This document shows, piece after piece, positions 41,586 to 52,595 of a DNA stretch of 64,000 nucleotides; within the stretch, counting starts at the first letter, position 1, and every line of letters starts with the position of its first letter. The notes under the pieces were generated by a model. It had not been told where the DNA came from and made no database searches. It saw only the letters and a list, made by a program, of their open reading frames with translations. The stretch spans positions 20,643 through 84,642 of the forward strand of contig DHPR01000012.1 in assembly GCA_002410925.1 (NCBI GenBank). The letters run 5' to 3'. A program made the translations under genes and the position numbers. This DNA is from a bacterium UBP13_UBA5359. Its GTDB lineage: Bacteria; UBP13; UBA5359.

Positions 41586-42359
41586 TTACGTTAGAACCGT
41601 TACTCCCCCTATATCTGCTGCAGCGGATATAACCTGCTGCATATAGTCCAGGCTTTGAAAGACCGCTGTCGTCAACTCCATACCCCCTGCCAGGCGGACA
41701 CTTATAGCTGAAGCCAGAGTACAGCCGGTGCCCCGGGGATTGCCGGGCAGACGCCGATGAAGATGATGCTGAAAACCGGTGCCGTCATAGAGAATATCCG
41801 TCACCTCATCACCGGTTGCATGCCCGCCTTTAAGCAATACTGCCCGTGCGCCATGCTCCATCAAAATAAAAATAGCCCGGCGCATATCATCCTCTCTCCT
41901 TATCTGCACTCCCGTCAGCCATTCAGCCTCAGGTATATTGGGAGTAACCAGTGCCGCCAGAGGTAAAAGCCTCTGTTTAAGTATCTTCACACCCTCGTCA
42001 TCCAGCAAAGATCGCCCGGAGGTCGATAAAATCACCGGGTCCAACACCAGATTCGGCAGAGAGTATTTGGTAATAATCTCTGCCGCAGCAGATACAATAA
42101 CAGCGTTCACCAGCATGCCGCACTTTACCGCACCGGAGCGCAAGCCCTCCTTAAGAAGAGCTTCGGCCTGATCCCATATGCCTTTCACAGGCACAGGAAT
42201 TACCGAGACCACACCTGCCGGACCCTGAGCCGTTACTGCCGTCACAATACCGAACAGATGCCCGCCGCCGTCTCTAACCGCCCGTTGATCTGCTGACAGT
42301 CCGCCGCCGCCGCAGCTGTCTGTGCCACCAAAAGCTAAAACCTGGGGGATACCGAACAC
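41586..42359 (-). CDS. thiD: Hydroxymethylpyrimidine/phosphomethylpyrimidine kinase
   Basis: GTDSCGGGGLSAD, TAVTAQ, VLDPV, TPNIPEA, LKGGH, RGTGCTLASA. Confidence 0.9.
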   Translation of the reverse strand: MFGIPQVLAFGGTDSCGGGGLSADQRAVRDGGGHLFGIVTAVTAQGPAGVVSVIPVPVKGIWDQAEALLKEGLRSGAVKCGMLVNAVIVSAAAEIITKYSLPNLVLDPVILSTSGRSLLDDEGVKILKQRLLPLAALVTPNIPEAEWLTGVQIRREDDMRRAIFILMEHGARAVLLKGGHATGDEVTDILYDGTGFQHHLHRRLPGNPRGTGCTLASAISVRLAGGMELTTAVFQSLDYMQQVISAAADIGGVTVLT

Positions 42360-43861
42360 TCTTCTCCTCCTGCATCAGGCTTCACCAGAGAAACACCTTG
42401 ATAGTAATGCTTCAGTATAGCATCGTAATTCCAGCCGGCGCGTGCCAGTCCATCGGCTCCAGCCTGGCAAAGGCCCACGCCATGTCCCCAGCCACCGCCT
42501 TCAAAACCGAAAGCACGGGCACGGCCTTCCTTATCATATGAGGTTCTAATAACAAAGAGGGTGCTTTTAAGCCCCCCTAAAAAGGATCTTATCCGGTCAC
42601 GCTCTATCATATAAGTACCGTTACTGCAGACCACTTCCACAGCGGTAACCCTTCCAGCCGAACTGCGTCCCGTTACTCGGATATCTATTAATTTCCCCGA
42701 CCCGTTGCGCCCTGATAACAGCGGCACCTTATCTTTCAGCAATCTCTCCGCCTGAGGCATAGTCAGCATATGATGCCAGCGATAAGCTCTGGAACGACGA
42801 CATAGAGCCTGCGGACGATCGGAAAGCCAGGGTCCGATAAGGGCGAATTCACGATAAAGAGAATTAAGGGGGAAATGCAGAGAAGCCGGGTCGTCGGTAC
42901 TGCAGGAAACCGCTTTGAGATAGGGCACTTCCCCCGCCCAGACATTGGCAACATCCTCCGTATAGCCGCCACAGGAAGCATGGAAGACACTATCTATCGG
43001 CTGCCCGCTCCAGGTTAGAATCTCTCCTGCCGTCTCACGCACAGCCCTGATACCGTTAGGATGCTCACGATCCAGCCCGCCATAAACCTGGCAATGTACA
43101 TCATTGCAAAGATTGAAGCCCTCGGCCTGATGCTTGCCCAAGTTCTTCAAGGCATAGGTGCGGGCTACCACTGCCTGAGCTTTGAGAGCCTCGGAACTCC
43201 AGCCTGCCGGCATCTCACAGTTGATGACGCCATAAAGATACTGCTCCAACGGCAAGACATTAATAAGAGTCAGCCGCCCCTTTCCATCCAACAGAAGCTC
43301 TGCCAAGCCGCGATAGCGTTTGCCTGCATAGATCATTACCTGATTAGGACCACCCGGAAGCAGGCGAAAAGGACCGCTCCTGCTGCATATTCCAGCTGCG
43401 GATATACTCTTGATAATTGCTCCTCCGGTGGTTATGCCGCCTTCTGCCTTTGCACCTGCCGAAGCCTCTGTCGCCGTTACTGCCTGGAAAGTGATCTCTC
43501 CCCTGCCGCTCAGTACAGGATCCTGATTGATACTGTCATAAAGGCGCCAATCTGAAGCAGATAATGTTACGCTCGGCAAATCCTTGCCTAATCCTATTCT
43601 TACCATACGCTCAGACTCGGAAAAACCGGTAGCTGCTGCAGATAGGATCATACCTGCAACAGTCAGGGCAGTTGCCGCCATTCTCATGTTGATTTTCCAT
43701 CGGCATGAGGCCCCTGCATACACGATAAAGCCAAAAATATATAAGGCACTCCTCCCTCTCGTGGCACCACTAAGTAACTCTATCATTACTGCAGCCGCTA
43801 GAATATTACGGACTCTACGTCGCATTGGTTTGATATCCTCTTTAGCATCATTGCCGGTCAA
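42335..43861 (-). CDS. SpoIID/LytB domain lytic transglycosylase
   Basis: LEQYLYGV..EMP, EALKAQAVVARTYA, CQVY, FHASCGG, GWGHGVGLCQ, ILKHYY. Start uncertain. Confidence 0.92.
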   Translation of the reverse strand: MTGNDAKEDIKPMRRRVRNILAAAVMIELLSGATRGRSALYIFGFIVYAGASCRWKINMRMAATALTVAGMILSAAATGFSESERMVRIGLGKDLPSVTLSASDWRLYDSINQDPVLSGRGEITFQAVTATEASAGAKAEGGITTGGAIIKSISAAGICSRSGPFRLLPGGPNQVMIYAGKRYRGLAELLLDGKGRLTLINVLPLEQYLYGVINCEMPAGWSSEALKAQAVVARTYALKNLGKHQAEGFNLCNDVHCQVYGGLDREHPNGIRAVRETAGEILTWSGQPIDSVFHASCGGYTEDVANVWAGEVPYLKAVSCSTDDPASLHFPLNSLYREFALIGPWLSDRPQALCRRSRAYRWHHMLTMPQAERLLKDKVPLLSGRNGSGKLIDIRVTGRSSAGRVTAVEVVCSNGTYMIERDRIRSFLGGLKSTLFVIRTSYDKEGRARAFGFEGGGWGHGVGLCQAGADGLARAGWNYDAILKHYYQGVSLVKPDAGGEECSVSPRF

Positions 43862-43895
43862 TACAAGAGATTATACCTCTATACTCCAAAGATGA

Positions 43896-43941
43896 CAAAA
43901 AGAGGCCCATCCGCTAAATTATTAACTAGAGCCTCTTTTTG
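43896..43941 (-). terminator. Intrinsic (bidirectional-type) terminator after GH130
   Basis: CAAAAAGAGGC...GCCTCTTTTTG inverted repeat. It overlaps a TTGTCA-N17-TATAAT promoter (43870-43898) for the SpoIID gene. Confidence 0.65.
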
Positions 43942-43968
43942 CCGTCTGCTTCAATATTCGAAGAAGTA

Positions 43969-44961
43969 TCAGATGATGCTGTTGGCTTTTATAAACTCCA
44001 GCAGCCAGTCCATCCTGGTATACGCCAGGCAGGTAACCGTATCGGCTGCTCCGTAGTAAACGGCTATTCGCCCGGTTGCTTTATCATGAAGAGCGGCACA
44101 GGGAAAAACGACATTGGATACATCGCCTACGCATTCATAGAGGGTCTGTGGTGATAAAATATACGGAGCCGTTCTATGAATAACCTTCCACGGTTTTTCT
44201 AAATCCAGCAAAGCAGCGCCGGCACTATATACAAAGCCGTTACACGAGCTCAGAACCCCATGATATATCAGCAGCCACCCCTCTGCTGTTTCTATCGGCA
44301 CGGGGCCGGCGCCTATTTTGGTGCTTTGCCATCCATCTCCTGCTGGCCCCATGACAAAACGATGTCGCCCCCAGTAAATCATATCCGGACTCTCGCTGTA
44401 AAAGATATCCCCAAACCGGGTATGCCCCGTATCGCTGGGACGGCTCAGCATAGCAAATTTGCCGTTGATTCTGCGCGGAAATAAAACTCCGTTTCTGTTA
44501 TAGGGCAGAAAGGCATTCTCCAGCAGACAACAGCTCTTAAAATCATAGGTATAGCCTATGGCTATGGTTGGCCCGTGATATCCGTTGCACCATGTTATAT
44601 AATAGCGGTCCTCCAGCCAGCAAACCCTTGGATCATACGCGTATTGAAATCTTCCTATTTCTTCATCTTCTGCTTCAAAAACTATGGGGTGCGGTTCTAT
44701 CTCCCAGGCTATGCCATCTCTGCTTTTGCCAAAATGCAATCGCATGTCGCGTTTCTTATCATCACAGCGAAAGACTCCTGCATACCCATCCCTAAAAGGA
44801 ACAACGGCACTGTTGAAGATACTGTTGGAGACAGGTATAAGGTTTCGTGGAATTACCGGATTGCGTCCCGAGCGCCACATGATATCGGAGCATCCTTGCG
44901 ACCGCTCCTCCCAGGGTATAACAGCGCTTTTTTCCTCGGGCGCAATAATACTGTTGTTCAT
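43969..44961 (-). CDS. GH130 beta-mannoside phosphorylase
   Basis: [51 protein letters not shown]. Confidence 0.95.
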   Translation of the reverse strand: MNNSIIAPEEKSAVIPWEERSQGCSDIMWRSGRNPVIPRNLIPVSNSIFNSAVVPFRDGYAGVFRCDDKKRDMRLHFGKSRDGIAWEIEPHPIVFEAEDEEIGRFQYAYDPRVCWLEDRYYITWCNGYHGPTIAIGYTYDFKSCCLLENAFLPYNRNGVLFPRRINGKFAMLSRPSDTGHTRFGDIFYSESPDMIYWGRHRFVMGPAGDGWQSTKIGAGPVPIETAEGWLLIYHGVLSSCNGFVYSAGAALLDLEKPWKVIHRTAPYILSPQTLYECVGDVSNVVFPCAALHDKATGRIAVYYGAADTVTCLAYTRMDWLLEFIKANSII

Positions 44962-44981
44962 AACTCATATTACCTCTCATC

Positions 44982-46232
44982 TTACTTTCTTTTTTCGATA
45001 AATTGAATTCCTTCTCTTTTTAAATTATCCACGGTTTGCTCCGCACTCTGCTTTCCCAATAAAAAGAGATCCATCTCCGGTTTATATACAGAAGTAATAT
45101 ACTCATTGAACCAGGCAATCTTAGGAACGGGCCTGGCAGTCTGCAAAGCATCAGCATAAATACCTATATGATCGGGCGGCGGCACTTTAAAAGTCTTATC
45201 GGCCACTTCAGGGATAGGTGGAATGCAATTCCTCCCTTTCCCCAGAATAGCCGTGCCTTCCGCCCCGCAAGCAAATTTCACAAACTCGAAGGCCGCTCTC
45301 TTTACTTTGCTTTGTGAGGATATATGTAATGTGCCGGTCGAAAAAGTCGTTATCCTTTCTCCGTCTGGGTTCAATGGCAGCGGCGCCACATCCCAGGAGA
45401 ACGATTTTATATCACTTAGGGATGACAGCAGGAAAGATGGAGCCAAAAGCATGGCTACTCTTCCAGTCATAAACATTTGCGTTGCGCTCTTGTATTTATC
45501 TTCTCCCTCGAGCTGAGAGCGTGAGGGTACCGATTTATCTACGTTTTGCAAAGCCTGTAAAAACTTCAATGCAGAGATAGTTTCCTTGCTGTTTGCAAGA
45601 CAATTTTTGCCCTCGGTATCAAAGAGGCCGCCTCCAAAGCTGTACACAATATCCAGGGGACTGGGTAACAGAGCACCAAATTGTGATACTTTGCCCTTTT
45701 CATGCTCGGTTAACTTCCTGGCGGCCGCTCTGAAATCATCCCATCTCCAATAGGCATTAGGATACGGCAATCTTGCAGTATCGAATAAATTTTTGTTATA
45801 CACCAGAGCGGTTGTGCCGAAATATATGGGTAATCCATAAACGGCTTTACCGTAGCGGAGACTTCCCAGCAAAGGGCTATAATACTGAGTAATATCCAGC
45901 TTGCTCTCTTTGATAAAACCGGAAATGTCAAAGACCACTCCTTTTTCAGCCAGTGGCGGCAGCATGTTATCTCCCCAGTAAAACACGTCAGGTGCAAGGC
46001 CCCCTGCAATCTCCACTTTGATCTTGTCCGGCCCCCCCTGCACCGGCACAAACTTTACATAAATTTCTTCCTGTCCGGCATTAAAGGCATCAACCATCGC
46101 CTGGTGTAAAGCAACTTGGGAGGGGAGGCTCTCCCAATTCTCATACTTGACTATAATTTTTCCGGTTTTAGAGCCGCACCCTGCCAACAAGCCCAGCATA
46201 AGTACTATAACTGTCCATAGTAATTTACGCAT
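44982..46232 (-). CDS. Sugar ABC transporter substrate-binding lipoprotein
   Basis: Lipobox LLAGC, APDVF, YGLP, YNKNLFD, W.WDDF, FMTGRVAM. Start refined to MRKLLW. Confidence 0.92.
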   Translation of the reverse strand: MRKLLWTVIVLMLGLLAGCGSKTGKIIVKYENWESLPSQVALHQAMVDAFNAGQEEIYVKFVPVQGGPDKIKVEIAGGLAPDVFYWGDNMLPPLAEKGVVFDISGFIKESKLDITQYYSPLLGSLRYGKAVYGLPIYFGTTALVYNKNLFDTARLPYPNAYWRWDDFRAAARKLTEHEKGKVSQFGALLPSPLDIVYSFGGGLFDTEGKNCLANSKETISALKFLQALQNVDKSVPSRSQLEGEDKYKSATQMFMTGRVAMLLAPSFLLSSLSDIKSFSWDVAPLPLNPDGERITTFSTGTLHISSQSKVKRAAFEFVKFACGAEGTAILGKGRNCIPPIPEVADKTFKVPPPDHIGIYADALQTARPVPKIAWFNEYITSVYKPEMDLFLLGKQSAEQTVDNLKREGIQFIEKRK

Positions 46233-46260
46233 ATGGTTCACCTCATAAATTCGCTTATTT

Positions 46261-47217
46261 TCATAGCATCCTGTCAAAAACCAGCTTAGCCATGCCATAA
46301 AGGGGGCTACCATCTATCTCCTTGCCACAGGTAATAATTTTTAAGCTATGTATCCTCTCAAGCCTTGCTCGCAAGGGTGGTGAAAATAACGGGAAGGCCT
46401 TTGAAATCTGGCCACCCATTATCAGGCATTCCGCTTGAAAGTCTTCAATAAGCGGAGCCAGGACCTCTCCCATAATAGAACCGATTTCTTTGAACACCTG
46501 CAAGCTTGCGATATCCTTTTCTTTTGCCGCCAGGCAGGCTATATCCTTAACATCTATTCGCTTATATGGAGCTCCTCCGCACAGTTCCTTATACCTGGCA
46601 ATGATTCCTTCTCTGGAGATTCTATCTTCAACTATACCCCCTTCATAAGGTAAGCTCCATATACTGCAAAGCGGTGTCCGAGAATCACGGCGCAGTATCT
46701 TTCCGTCACTCATGAAGGCTGCTCCCAATCCTGTTCCAAGCGTAACAGCCACTATTTGTTTTGCTCCCTGAGCAGTATCCTTCCATATCTCTCCCAGCAA
46801 AAATGCATGTGCATCGCTCTCAAAATATATATTTGTTTCTTCGCCTATACATAATCGTTCTATCAGCACTCGTCTCAGTTCCAGCCCCCGGATAGCCCTG
46901 AACTTATGACGCATGAAACTGATTCCGGCGTTGTAATCGAATGGTCCGGGGACGCACAGGCCTATACCGCAGACAGGCAGCTTCTGCTTATCCGCCTGAT
47001 GCAAAGCAATACGTATTGTTTTTACAAGGCATCCTATAATCTCTTCTGCTGTTCCATTGGAGATACTTGGCGACCTTAAATAGCTCTCCGGTAACAGAGT
47101 GCCGTCTGAGGCAACCACAGCCGATTTAACGAAGGTGCCGCCTACATCCAGCACCACAGCATAATTATGCCCGTCTTGCCTCCTGGTTTCAGTCTTAAAA
47201 GGCATACGCTCGCTCAT
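46261..47217 (-). CDS. ROK-family sugar kinase
   Basis: LDVGGT, PGPFDY..GIS, TLGTGLG, MGGQIS. No HTH. ATGA overlap with the upstream gene. Confidence 0.9.
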   Translation of the reverse strand: MSERMPFKTETRRQDGHNYAVVLDVGGTFVKSAVVASDGTLLPESYLRSPSISNGTAEEIIGCLVKTIRIALHQADKQKLPVCGIGLCVPGPFDYNAGISFMRHKFRAIRGLELRRVLIERLCIGEETNIYFESDAHAFLLGEIWKDTAQGAKQIVAVTLGTGLGAAFMSDGKILRRDSRTPLCSIWSLPYEGGIVEDRISREGIIARYKELCGGAPYKRIDVKDIACLAAKEKDIASLQVFKEIGSIMGEVLAPLIEDFQAECLIMGGQISKAFPLFSPPLRARLERIHSLKIITCGKEIDGSPLYGMAKLVFDRML

Positions 47218-49061
47218 TTCAGAAGGGTCTTGGTCAACTTGCAAGGCTGATTTCCCAAATTCTCAATCAGGTATTTGCCGAAGCATGCAGGTATAACAAC
47301 CACTTCGCTGAAATTCAGGCGGAAGTTACGCTCGATATCTTCCCCGGAGCTTATCAACACGCTCTCTCCCTCTACCAGGCAGAGTACGTGAAACTTTCCT
47401 GCAGTCGTATCTTCTATGCTCTTTTCAAACTCCAGGCGGTGCAACGTAAAGAATATATCTTCGCGTTCGCCTATGACGAACTCCGCCCAGCCCTTTCCCT
47501 CTCTGACGAGCCGGGGATCCTGGCGCAGGTTTCGAGCGACCCAATCCCCTCGACGATGCTCCTGAAGAACCCTCTCGCCATGCCAGGTATGAATGGGACG
47601 AAGTTTGCCGTTCAAGTCACTTCGCAAATAATCATAAAGTTTGAAGGTATAAGAGCCTACGGTACAACTGCCTATTTCAAGCACCACTTGATTGCGTCCG
47701 GAGCTATGTACCGTGCCGGCCGGAATAAGAAACTGATCTCCCGCACGACTTGGCATATAATTGATGTACTTTTCATACTCCACCGGCGTCTTCTCTCTTT
47801 CCGATCGCCTGGCTTCCTTGAAAAATTCGTCCTTATCCGCATCGTCCCGTAATCCCATATGAGTTCTAGCCGACCCATCTTCCATTGTTGTCATTACATA
47901 ATAGCTCTCATCCTGCTGAAACTGCTCCCCGAAATTCTCCATAATATATGAAGCGTGAGGATGCACCTGTATGGACATATGCCCCCCACCCATTGTATCG
48001 TCATAATTAAAACGTATGGGAAAGGTTCCCTTGAATTCCCTGACACATTCTTCACCCATAAGGTTTACAGCTTCAGCTGCCGCAAACAGATTGAACGGAA
48101 TATCGATGAAGTTTCTGCCAACAGCCACCTGAACGCTCACTTCAGGTGGTATCATTTCAAAGCTCCAGGCGCAATTCACCATTTCTTCAGGCAGACAGCG
48201 TAACCTCTTAATCCATTGCCCGCCCCAGACTCCCGGTATGTAAACGGGCTTTGCCCTGACCGGATATCTTACCAGCGATTCCATAATCCCTTTAAGCGTT
48301 TCTCGCGGCAATAGCTTTGGCTCCTCGGGTATATTGGCATCCACATAAAAATCTATATTTCCCCCTTCAAGCAACCTTTTCCTCAAATTATCAAGCACCT
48401 GATAATCGATATAGTACAATCGCCTGAAAATATAGCTTTTGTCACGAGAGAATTCACCATCTCCAAGATTTCTTACGCATCCATTGTTCACCCTGTGGCT
48501 GATCTCCTTGCGGGTAAGGTCAAGATAGACTACGGTATCATAGCTTGATATCAAATAATCATTGGCGCTACCGCATCCGTAACAGATGATGACCTCCTTT
48601 ACCTTACCATCCGCCGGCTCGCAGGCCGACAATACGCTTTTAGCCTTAGCAACAGCTGCATCATCGAGAAGATTCTCCACTTGCCCGGTATATAATCTGC
48701 CGAACAAAGATACAGGATCGCGAATTGGATCCACCGGCAATAACGAATTGACTATTCTCTCCATTTCAGAAGGTGCCTTATAAAATGTAGCGGCATCAAG
48801 GAGCAGAACCCTGTAGCCGTCTTCCTCCAGCGTTTCCTTTAGCCTGGAGATTATCAATTCCCAGTCAATGCCGATGTAGCCATCAAGAGCCAGCCTGAAG
48901 GCCGGCATAGTGGAAGAAATATTTTTTCGCACCAATTCTCTGGTGAAGGACAGAACATTATTCTCTCCACTGACAAGAGCTTTGGCGGCTTCATCGGAAA
49001 GCTTCGGACGATTTATCGCCTTTCTGTCTTCAAAGGGGTGTGGATTAGTCATAAAACTCAT
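47214..49061 (-). CDS. Class I mannose-6-phosphate isomerase-like protein with N-terminal extension
   Basis: GVWGGQW, FPIRF.YDD..GG..MSIQVHP, QDESYY, IPAGTVH, VLEI cupin motifs. Confidence 0.85.
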   Translation of the reverse strand: MSFMTNPHPFEDRKAINRPKLSDEAAKALVSGENNVLSFTRELVRKNISSTMPAFRLALDGYIGIDWELIISRLKETLEEDGYRVLLLDAATFYKAPSEMERIVNSLLPVDPIRDPVSLFGRLYTGQVENLLDDAAVAKAKSVLSACEPADGKVKEVIICYGCGSANDYLISSYDTVVYLDLTRKEISHRVNNGCVRNLGDGEFSRDKSYIFRRLYYIDYQVLDNLRKRLLEGGNIDFYVDANIPEEPKLLPRETLKGIMESLVRYPVRAKPVYIPGVWGGQWIKRLRCLPEEMVNCAWSFEMIPPEVSVQVAVGRNFIDIPFNLFAAAEAVNLMGEECVREFKGTFPIRFNYDDTMGGGHMSIQVHPHASYIMENFGEQFQQDESYYVMTTMEDGSARTHMGLRDDADKDEFFKEARRSEREKTPVEYEKYINYMPSRAGDQFLIPAGTVHSSGRNQVVLEIGSCTVGSYTFKLYDYLRSDLNGKLRPIHTWHGERVLQEHRRGDWVARNLRQDPRLVREGKGWAEFVIGEREDIFFTLHRLEFEKSIEDTTAGKFHVLCLVEGESVLISSGEDIERNFRLNFSEVVVIPACFGKYLIENLGNQPCKLTKTLLK

Positions 49062-49062
49062 T

Positions 49063-50508
49063 TTACTTCTCCTCTGCAATGTAATGATAATCAAAATTAT
49101 TGATATAAGCCCATTCCTTCAGTTCGGGCAGGACATCACCTTCGACAAGGGCAAAATGTTGATGGGCACCGGCTTCAATAATATCCTCGAAGAGCTTTTC
49201 TACCCTCCCTCGAGACTCAAATACTGAATGCGAATAGCCTTTAATGATGTGCCGGCCAGGCAAAGAATCAACGATTGTACAAATGACTTTATATTCGCCC
49301 TTGCATTCTGAAAAATGAGCCATAGTCATACGGCCGGGGGGTATTCTGTGCCAGGCAAAAGGAGCTCCGGCAAACTTATACGGCGCCTTTTCATATCTGG
49401 CATCCGGCGCAATTATAACGTTCTCCCTGAAGCGCTCATCCGTATGGTCAAGAGGACCGGCATGTCCGGCGCAAAAACGATTATGCGGTGCATCTATATA
49501 AAACGGCTCTATAAAGCTTATATGCTTTCCAGTCATGACCTTCAGAGCCAGGCAGGCAAGTGCCGTTCCCACATCACCTTCCGGCACCAATACAGAGCAT
49601 CTTTCATTAAAGCTCTCATGATAAAAACCGGGTCTTAAGCCTACCTTCTTGTGCAACTGCGAATCTATGTCGTTGAGAACCAGCGCATCAAGGTCCATAT
49701 CCTTTGCCAGAGACGCTATACCTATGGAAGCCTTTGCCGCTGCGAAGAACTTCAGCTGATCAATCTCTTCGTCAACCTTGTAGCATGCTTTGAGTCGTTC
49801 AATATAAGACTTGACGTCCTCGTCGTCTACGGCATCAATATGCTCTTTCAGAATATCAAAGGAGATAAATGTCAGCTCCGGACCTACGCGATTGAAGAAT
49901 TGATAAGGGTCCACATAGGTAGACCACATAACTTCATTGAAGCTCTGCAACAGACCAAATCTGGCTCGCTTGAGAACACCTCTGGCCTTTGCAGCGCGGG
50001 CAAAGACTCTTATGCGCTGCCGGGTTTCTTCTCCGCTTCCGACAATCGTTCTTGCCTTTTTAGCCAGCCTTTTAATGGAACCGGAACCTTCCAGCATACC
50101 TACCAGACCGCCAGCAACCAGAAACTGAGCAAAGTCGTCCTCGGACACGGCATTTTCAAAGCCCTTTTCTTCTACCGGCAAATAAAAGACCAGCGGTAAA
50201 TCAGGCATGTCACGCAAAAATCTTATCCAGGTAAAATCCTCGGACCAGGACATAAAAGCAGCCATTACAAAGTCCACATCTTCGTTAACAAAGATTTTAA
50301 GCGCCTTTGTCACATCCTCCGTCTCGGTAATCATCCCGGCATCAACTATTTCCATATCCGAAGAGAGCTGCTGCTTTATTCTTCCAGCTGCTTCTTGAAC
50401 ACGGTGAAGGTAAGTGCCTCTCGGCGTTCCATTACCTACCTCGTGCTTTATGAACCTGCGACTACCCAGCGTCAGCAGCCCGCATACAGGTTTACCTCTG
50501 CTCATCAT
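49063..50508 (-). CDS. L-fucose/L-arabinose isomerase family protein
   Basis: WSED, MWSTYVD, PEGD, FIEP, GHAG, HQHFAL. Confidence 0.8.
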   Translation of the reverse strand: MMSRGKPVCGLLTLGSRRFIKHEVGNGTPRGTYLHRVQEAAGRIKQQLSSDMEIVDAGMITETEDVTKALKIFVNEDVDFVMAAFMSWSEDFTWIRFLRDMPDLPLVFYLPVEEKGFENAVSEDDFAQFLVAGGLVGMLEGSGSIKRLAKKARTIVGSGEETRQRIRVFARAAKARGVLKRARFGLLQSFNEVMWSTYVDPYQFFNRVGPELTFISFDILKEHIDAVDDEDVKSYIERLKACYKVDEEIDQLKFFAAAKASIGIASLAKDMDLDALVLNDIDSQLHKKVGLRPGFYHESFNERCSVLVPEGDVGTALACLALKVMTGKHISFIEPFYIDAPHNRFCAGHAGPLDHTDERFRENVIIAPDARYEKAPYKFAGAPFAWHRIPPGRMTMAHFSECKGEYKVICTIVDSLPGRHIIKGYSHSVFESRGRVEKLFEDIIEAGAHQHFALVEGDVLPELKEWAYINNFDYHYIAEEK

Positions 50509-52582
50509 ATACGCATACCACCATCTGATCTATATTGAGATTCGTATTATTAATATTTATATCCCTCTTCTCACCTGCCGAATGATCGATAACCATGACT
50601 TCCTTTATTTCAAAACCCGGAGCGATTGCCTCCAACCAGTCCATCCGTACCGAACAATCGGATCTGTTCCAAGCGATCAAAGCCATTCTGTCTGCATTTC
50701 TATACGTTCTGACGGTAACTTTATCAGTATCGATGCAACTAAGATCCAACCCGTCTTTATCGGTAAACTTGCCGTGCAGCAAAGTATCCGCATGCCTTCT
50801 TCTGACAGCGTTCAATTTTGTCAAATAAGCAGAATAATCAGGCATCTCCTTCAACGTAGCCCGACAGCGATAAATTTCAACATCAAACCTGAAACCATTT
50901 ATAAATGCATAATTGGCATGTTCGACATACTGCCGCTCATCCCGCCATCCTCGATTGGACATAATATATTCAGGAAAGGTATAGCGAAACATCTCCGGAA
51001 AAGCCATGGGTTCGTAGAAAAAGCCGTAGCCGCAACCATGAATAAAATCGGCATACTGTCCAAAGACATCGGTAACAAGCTCTATTCCCAAGGCTATATG
51101 AGGATACTTATCTTTGAAATAAGCTGAGAGTTCCTTCAATATGGCAGCCCCTCCGGGCCCGGCAACAGCGCTAGGATTACTATGCTTATGTGAGCCGTCA
51201 AAGCAGGGATAGGGGAAGACGGCGCCGCCCAATTGATCATAAAAGACGGCATCGCTGCCTAATGCTATACATTGCTCTCCCTGTTCTTTAAGAACCTGAA
51301 GCCATTCAGCCGCTTCCGGGCAGGCTATAGCAAAAGATTTATATCCGAACGACTTCAAAAGTGTGCCGGCTCCCCAGAATTTATAGTGCTCTCTGTATTC
51401 ATTACCATCGATATCCTTAAGACTGATCCTGTGCCCGGTACGATGATAAAAATCCGTGGCTATATCGATCAGGCGCCCATTGGTATAAAGAATTACCTTG
51501 CCGTCCTGTTCATGTACCCCGTCTATGTAAGAGCGTAATTCTGCCGCTGCCGCCGGCTCGATTTCATACTCCGGATAGCGATTGTCAAATCCTCCCGACC
51601 ACCAGCCCAGAAGCATCAGCGCATCTATATCTCCACTGCAAGCCGCCTGGCGAATCTCCGGGATATCGGAGTAGCGATGCAGTTCTTCCCCGTACTGATG
51701 CTTGAGAAATGTCCGCTGCCATCCACTCATATCTCGGACCCAATCCAATGGTTGCGGACGCTTCCACCAGGTCTTCTCAGCCCAGGCTCTATATTTCCTG
51801 GCGCCTGCATGCCAGCTGCCGGCGTACGGCGAAAGCACAAACGGTGCGCTTTGCCAACTATCTCCTTTTTTGATAAAGGGATACTTGGTAAAAGCCAGCG
51901 AGAGATTTAATTCGCTTTCTGGGTGCACTATTGCGCTTATGCAGGTATTTTGAAAGGAATCGTCGTAGGAAGCCATATAGAGGCCCTCTCTGCCGTTGAA
52001 CAGGCTAAGCCATTGCATTGAAGCTTCACCCGGATAAACAATCGAATAGGCGGTTCCGTTCTCATCCGGCCCCAGATATCCCGAATGGTAATCCATTATG
52101 CTGCCTAATGGATTATCCAAACGCCGGCCACAGGCCTCGGGCAGAAGCAGTACATCATCCTCCGGGTTGCTTCCCAGCGCGGTAATTCCCTTGATCCACG
52201 GGAACCATGCTTCCGTGATCTCTATGTCCTCGTTATTAAAAAGATCAAGCGTAAAGAGCGCCTCATCGTTCCGCAGCTCGATAGTATAGCAAAGAGAAAG
52301 ATCCAGCCCTCCCTTATCAGCCGTTATCGATGAATACTCAACCTTCAAGAGATTGTCAGAGAGAAGCTTTGCCTTGCCTTGCTGCCTGTCGGCGTATATC
52401 GGGTTTTCCAGGCAGTCGCCATCGCGAAAAATCAGCTTCCAGCCGCCTCCGGGAAGCGATTTGATATAATCGTTTCCTGTAACCTTGTTTTTCAACATAA
52501 CAATTATGCCTCTGCCGTCCACTTTCAGCTTCAGCTTTTCGTTTTCCAATATGACGTTTTCGTTCATCTTCACTCTCTTCAC
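50492..52582 (-). CDS. DUF6259-type putative glycoside hydrolase
   Basis: SMQW, YPF, W..GA.KYR.W, GWW..GFDN.YPEY, YTNGRL, FYDQLG, FRYTFPE. Confidence 0.7.
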   Translation of the reverse strand: MKRVKMNENVILENEKLKLKVDGRGIIVMLKNKVTGNDYIKSLPGGGWKLIFRDGDCLENPIYADRQQGKAKLLSDNLLKVEYSSITADKGGLDLSLCYTIELRNDEALFTLDLFNNEDIEITEAWFPWIKGITALGSNPEDDVLLLPEACGRRLDNPLGSIMDYHSGYLGPDENGTAYSIVYPGEASMQWLSLFNGREGLYMASYDDSFQNTCISAIVHPESELNLSLAFTKYPFIKKGDSWQSAPFVLSPYAGSWHAGARKYRAWAEKTWWKRPQPLDWVRDMSGWQRTFLKHQYGEELHRYSDIPEIRQAACSGDIDALMLLGWWSGGFDNRYPEYEIEPAAAAELRSYIDGVHEQDGKVILYTNGRLIDIATDFYHRTGHRISLKDIDGNEYREHYKFWGAGTLLKSFGYKSFAIACPEAAEWLQVLKEQGEQCIALGSDAVFYDQLGGAVFPYPCFDGSHKHSNPSAVAGPGGAAILKELSAYFKDKYPHIALGIELVTDVFGQYADFIHGCGYGFFYEPMAFPEMFRYTFPEYIMSNRGWRDERQYVEHANYAFINGFRFDVEIYRCRATLKEMPDYSAYLTKLNAVRRRHADTLLHGKFTDKDGLDLSCIDTDKVTVRTYRNADRMALIAWNRSDCSVRMDWLEAIAPGFEIKEVMVIDHSAGEKRDININNTNLNIDQMVVCVYDEQR

Positions 52583-52595
52583 CTGCCAACAAAAA

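Noticed and set aside
42335..42400. TPP riboswitch for thiD
   Set aside because: thiD overlaps the upstream gene, so there is no leader, and no CTGAGA/ACCTG motif arrangement is seen.
42335..43861. SpoIID domain as proof of sporulation
   Set aside because: SpoIID/LytB domain proteins occur widely in non-sporulating bacteria.
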